Below, piece by piece: positions 60,121 to 64,000 of a stretch of 64,000 nt of DNA. Made by a program: the position numbers and the translations under genes. Positions within the stretch are counted from its first letter, which is position 1, and each line of letters begins with the position of its first letter. Source of the DNA: Fistulifera solaris (lineage: Eukaryota); NCBI GenBank assembly GCA_030295235.1, contig AP026151.1:372001-436000 (forward strand). Direction: 5' to 3'. The notes below the pieces were generated by a model. That model worked only from the letters and a program-made list of their open reading frames with translations. It did not search any database and was not told the origin of the DNA.

Positions 60121-63100
60121 CTATCCTGACGTTAGCAGTTTCTTTTCCGGTCCTCCTCCGTCGGTCAAAAAGTAATCAGCTTTCTGCTCGTGACCCGTGA
60201 TCAGGAGCGAATGATCCTGGGATTTGTATTTACTCCATTCGGGAATTCCGCTCAAAATGAGCTTGAATTTAGGGCCAAAGCCAGGGTCTTTCGTCAAAAG
60301 TTTCAACAAAGCAATACTGTGGACCTTGGCTCCAGTGGCGTCGCGGATCTTCAAAAGGTCCGGGTTTTCCAAAACTTGATAAATCAAGAATTCGCAAAGT
60401 TCACAAGCTAGGGCTTGTTGTAACAGAGAAACTCGGCCATGTGCTGCTCCGGGCGCGGCGGTCGTGGAGAGGGCTCTTTGTTCGGCTGCAATCATGGGAT
60501 CCTCTCGCGTTCGGGCATCGATGCCACTTCCCTCGACTGTCGTGGGCCGATCCTGCTGCACCGGTGCCGGTGTGTGCTCCGGTATTGTTTCAACGTTGAC
60601 ACCAAAAGCGGAAGGCATGGTGGGTTCTGAAATATTTGAAATCGAATCTTCGGCAACGAAAGGAGACGGTGAGATTATAGCACCAGGTTTGATAGGGTTG
60701 CCTTGTTGGAAGTTTCCTTGTTGGACATGCTGATACGGACCCATGACAGGTTGTGGCTGCTGTTGGTTCTGGATTCCCGTCTGAAAACCGTAATTCATTC
60801 CCATTTGTAGTGGCTGACCAGGTACGGCGTTAGACTGTCCATTCCGCTGAATATGGTTCGTCTGCGAAGATTCTGGATAAGGAGAAGGCTGTCCCACAAA
60901 GGTTTTGGCTTGAGGATTCTGTTCATGAGAGAGCGGTTGGTAGTTTCTGGATTGGACATTACTGTATAGAGTTTGGCTGCTTCTAGAAACGTAACCCCCT
61001 TGCATATGTTGTTCCGAGTGCTGCCCATTAGTCAGTGGCGACGCGGCGTAGCCGCCGTAAGGCTCGTTAGCGCTAGGTAGATGCGTTGGCTGCTGCAAAC
61101 CGTAAGAGCGATTTGTGTTGGTAGGATTCGTCGGCTGCTGAATGTTGGGCCCAGTGCTAAACAGGCCAGACGAATATTGGTGCTGTGGCTGTGATTGTTG
61201 ACTTTGATTTTGTGCGTTTAACGAGCCATGAACTTGTTGCGGCACATATGGCTGCGAGAAATGAACACGCTGGGTTGCATTAAAGTGCTGCGGTGGTTGT
61301 ACCTGGTGCTTCGAGGGCGCATGTTGAATATTGGGTTGTGGAAACGATGATGAAGCCTGTTGGTATCCGTAGCTTGCTGCTGTTTGATACGAATGGATAA
61401 AGTTGTTTGACACAGGTTGTTGCTGCTGATACGCCAACTGATCGTGAATAAGTCGAGACGGAGTGCTATTAGAGGCTTGGACTTGCACATGCCCTGCAAC
61501 CGGTTGAGCAGGATAGGTTCCATATTGGACACCCGGAGTAGAAGATTGCGGTGCGACGTTTGTTTGCGTTGGATATTGCGCTTGAACGTAGCTGGTCTTA
61601 CTTGTTGTAGCATTTCCTGCCGGGCCTTGGGACGTTCCCGTGCCCGTGGGTACAGTGGCGGGCTGGACCACTCCCATCATCGCAAGCGGGTCATCCCATG
61701 CATCAACTCGTTTACGTACTGGCCCTTCCCCCGGTGATGCCGATGGCCGCAGTGGCTGTTGAAACTCTTGCCTCGTAGTGAATGCACCGGTCTTGCATTT
61801 ATCAACATCTCCAAGGCCAATCTCATATATTCTCTTCAACGCTTCAATCATGAACGCCGAGTCTTCGTGTAGTCCTTCCAAGTGAATGGCTCTTTTCATA
61901 TAGTTGACAATGCCTGCTTTAGTATTTCCCTGCCCACAAGATGCTAGAGCTTCAACGTTTACCATCCGGGACGCAGCAACGTGAATCAATCTAATCACAG
62001 ACAGGAGAGGTGAACCTAAAAGTTTTCGATGCAGAAAGGAGTTCAAAAGTCCACCATTTGGGGAACATAGCCCCAATCAGCAAATTTGTCGCAGAGCGTA
62101 TCTCGAGTTTTACAAAGGTAGACGATTGCCGTAGTAACGCTGCTTAACACGTCGCCGTTTGCTTCGGCGACGACTGCAGTGCTTTGAGAGGTTTCGATGA
62201 CAGCTGATGGCGAGGAACAAAAAGTCTCTAGCTCTTTCTTCCATCGCTGTAGGAGATGTTCTAAAAACGATGAAGGATCTCGTAGCTGGAACGTCGGCTC
62301 TTTGAGAAAACGAGAAACGTAAACACCGCCGATGTATAACTCTTTCTCAAGACGTTGGTACCTCACGATTGTATCTGGTGGAATCGTATAATTCTCAGTT
62401 TTTCCGCCCAGGGCCTTCTTTGTCTCTACCAGGGTATCTAGAAGCTCAGAGAGCACTCTTCGAATTTCTGCTCGCATCGAGCCATCCCAGATGAGCTCAG
62501 GTGTATCAGCACTGGAATCAAAAGCTTCAAGCATCTGTTCCGGTCCCTCTTTTAACTTAAAAATTAAAGTCCGCGGAAGGAAACGCGTCAAGTGATTATC
62601 TGTTGTTCGATTGAGTTAGATAAAAAAGCGAATCGAAGCCTTGTTCATGATTAACGTACCAATATGCGTCCCTGCCAAGGGATCCCATGTCATCTTTGAT
62701 AGTGTCTTGGCTGCTCCTACTCGGGAACTCCAGGTCTTTGTGAACTGAGAGTAACCCACGACGACACCGAGTAGCTCCAACCAAACGCTAGACGAGACAA
62801 TTTGCGAGGCAATAACTCGAGAAGAAGAAAGAGCTTCGAGAACCTTCCAACCGTTATTCTTCCGCTTCGAATCTTTCATTTCGCCACCATCTGAAGAGTG
62901 TTCACTGTCGTGAAGGTCGGGACTCTCAATAAGATCCACAAGTCTCCAGAGAACACCCTCATTGGCCACCGAAGTTGCGAACGCCTGATTAGAACTAATG
63001 ATAGACAAAGCCTCAGCTCCAGAGTCAAATACCTTTTACGAAAAATGAGTGTATAGAAATATCTCGCGCAGCAACAATCACATGGTCTCACCTCTAATTC

Positions 63101-64000
63101 CTCCGGGACATTTAGCAAGCTTAAAAAAAGCGAAACGACGAGCGCGGGGCATTCCTCTAGGGCGCTGGTCACGATTCCGTCCACTCGACAAAGTGCGACA
63201 AGGGAGGCTACTACGAGCAAAAATGCCTCTGATTCCACATAACATCCTTCGTTTTGCTCAGCCGGTAGACCAAAGCTAGCTAGATCTTGCACCAATTTTG
63301 ACATGTTCAGACTAAAGGCAAGGTATCGGCACATTGCAACACAGAAAGCGACAGGATTCGGGATCTTTCCTAGCGCCTCCTTTCCGTGCTTGTTAAAGAT
63401 CCTGAGATAAACGCCTCCTACCTTCACTTCTCGCTTCAGCTCCTCGTAGCAAAAATCGCTGATAACACGAAATTCTTCTTCTATCGTTGTATACATCGTA
63501 AATGGTCGTTTTTCTTCCACGCATTCAATAAATTTTTCCAAATATTTTTGCATCGAAGACTTCCAGATAATAGTTGCTGTTTCAGTGTTAGAGTTGAGAA
63601 CACGGAGAATTTCGTCGCTGCGCTGGTTTCTTAACATCAAAGCGACTGGATCGGTCAATAAAACTTGTAACGCGGACAATACATCATCCCTTATTGGCGA
63701 GTCTTTAATGGAACCCGACAGCATGCCGAGAGCTCGCACTGAGTTCTTTGCAGGAATATTTATCATCGACGGAACGCCTTCCCCGTTGGCACTGTTTCCT
63801 TCTGATTCCGCGGTCACGTCGTAAGTCAAAGTAGCCCGAATCAAAGGCCAAATTATACCACTTTTGGCAAGTTTTTCTTGTAAAATGCCGTCCCTGGCCA
63901 TATTAGCAACACAGTCAATTGCAAACGCTTTCGTTTGTTCTTCATCGTCACTCGGCTGGCCGTTGAGATTCAAGCTACCATCGATACAACGCCGAAGATC
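60121..64000 (-). CDS. DNAJC13: RME-8/DNAJC13 endosomal trafficking protein, C-terminal part (5' end outside window)
   Basis: TETATIIW, EVKVGGVYLRIFN, RFLP…FDSSADTPELIWD…MR, ELYIGGVYVSRFLKEPTFQLRDP, terminal WSKYKSQDHSLLIT. Introns ~62598-62657 and ~63010-63090; frameshift near 62045. Confidence 0.85.

Overview
Gene-dense eukaryotic nuclear DNA, most likely from a diatom. Evidence: short GT-AG introns, plastid presequences of signal peptide + (S/A)AF type, and a CoDi-type Copia element. About 27 protein-coding genes are present: ispG, a MORN protein, sufS, a PDZ protein, SOUL, ArgRS, an ACAD10/11-like kinase, proteasome beta-4, RER1, eIF3b, a CRTISO-like oxidoreductase, DECR2, an F-box/kinase, TFIIH p44, RPLP1, eIF2-alpha, TRM112, MTQ2/N6AMT1, ESF2, a Patched/NPC1-like transporter, a histidine phosphatase, ferroportin, a C19orf12-like protein, the 3' part of RME-8/DNAJC13, and several unknowns. 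Many essential genes carry single-base frameshifts, which points to an unpolished long-read assembly rather than pseudogenes, so exact protein ends are approximate. Non-genic highlights: (1) a full-length, very young Ty1/Copia retrotransposon (10552-16272, TSD ATTAA). Its primer-binding site does not look like a tRNA-3'-end complement; it is a perfect 12-nt complement of a sequence inside its own LTR, a candidate Tf1-style self-priming mechanism. (2) A ~2 kb array of a 52-bp unit with a palindromic TTCCAGAA-A-TTCTGGAA core. (3) A ~70-bp hairpin repeat present twice. Other observations: the partners TRM112 and MTQ2 lie 1.5 kb apart, a kinase combines an F-box-like segment with a WNK-like relocated lysine, and ArgRS has an N-terminal GST-like domain.
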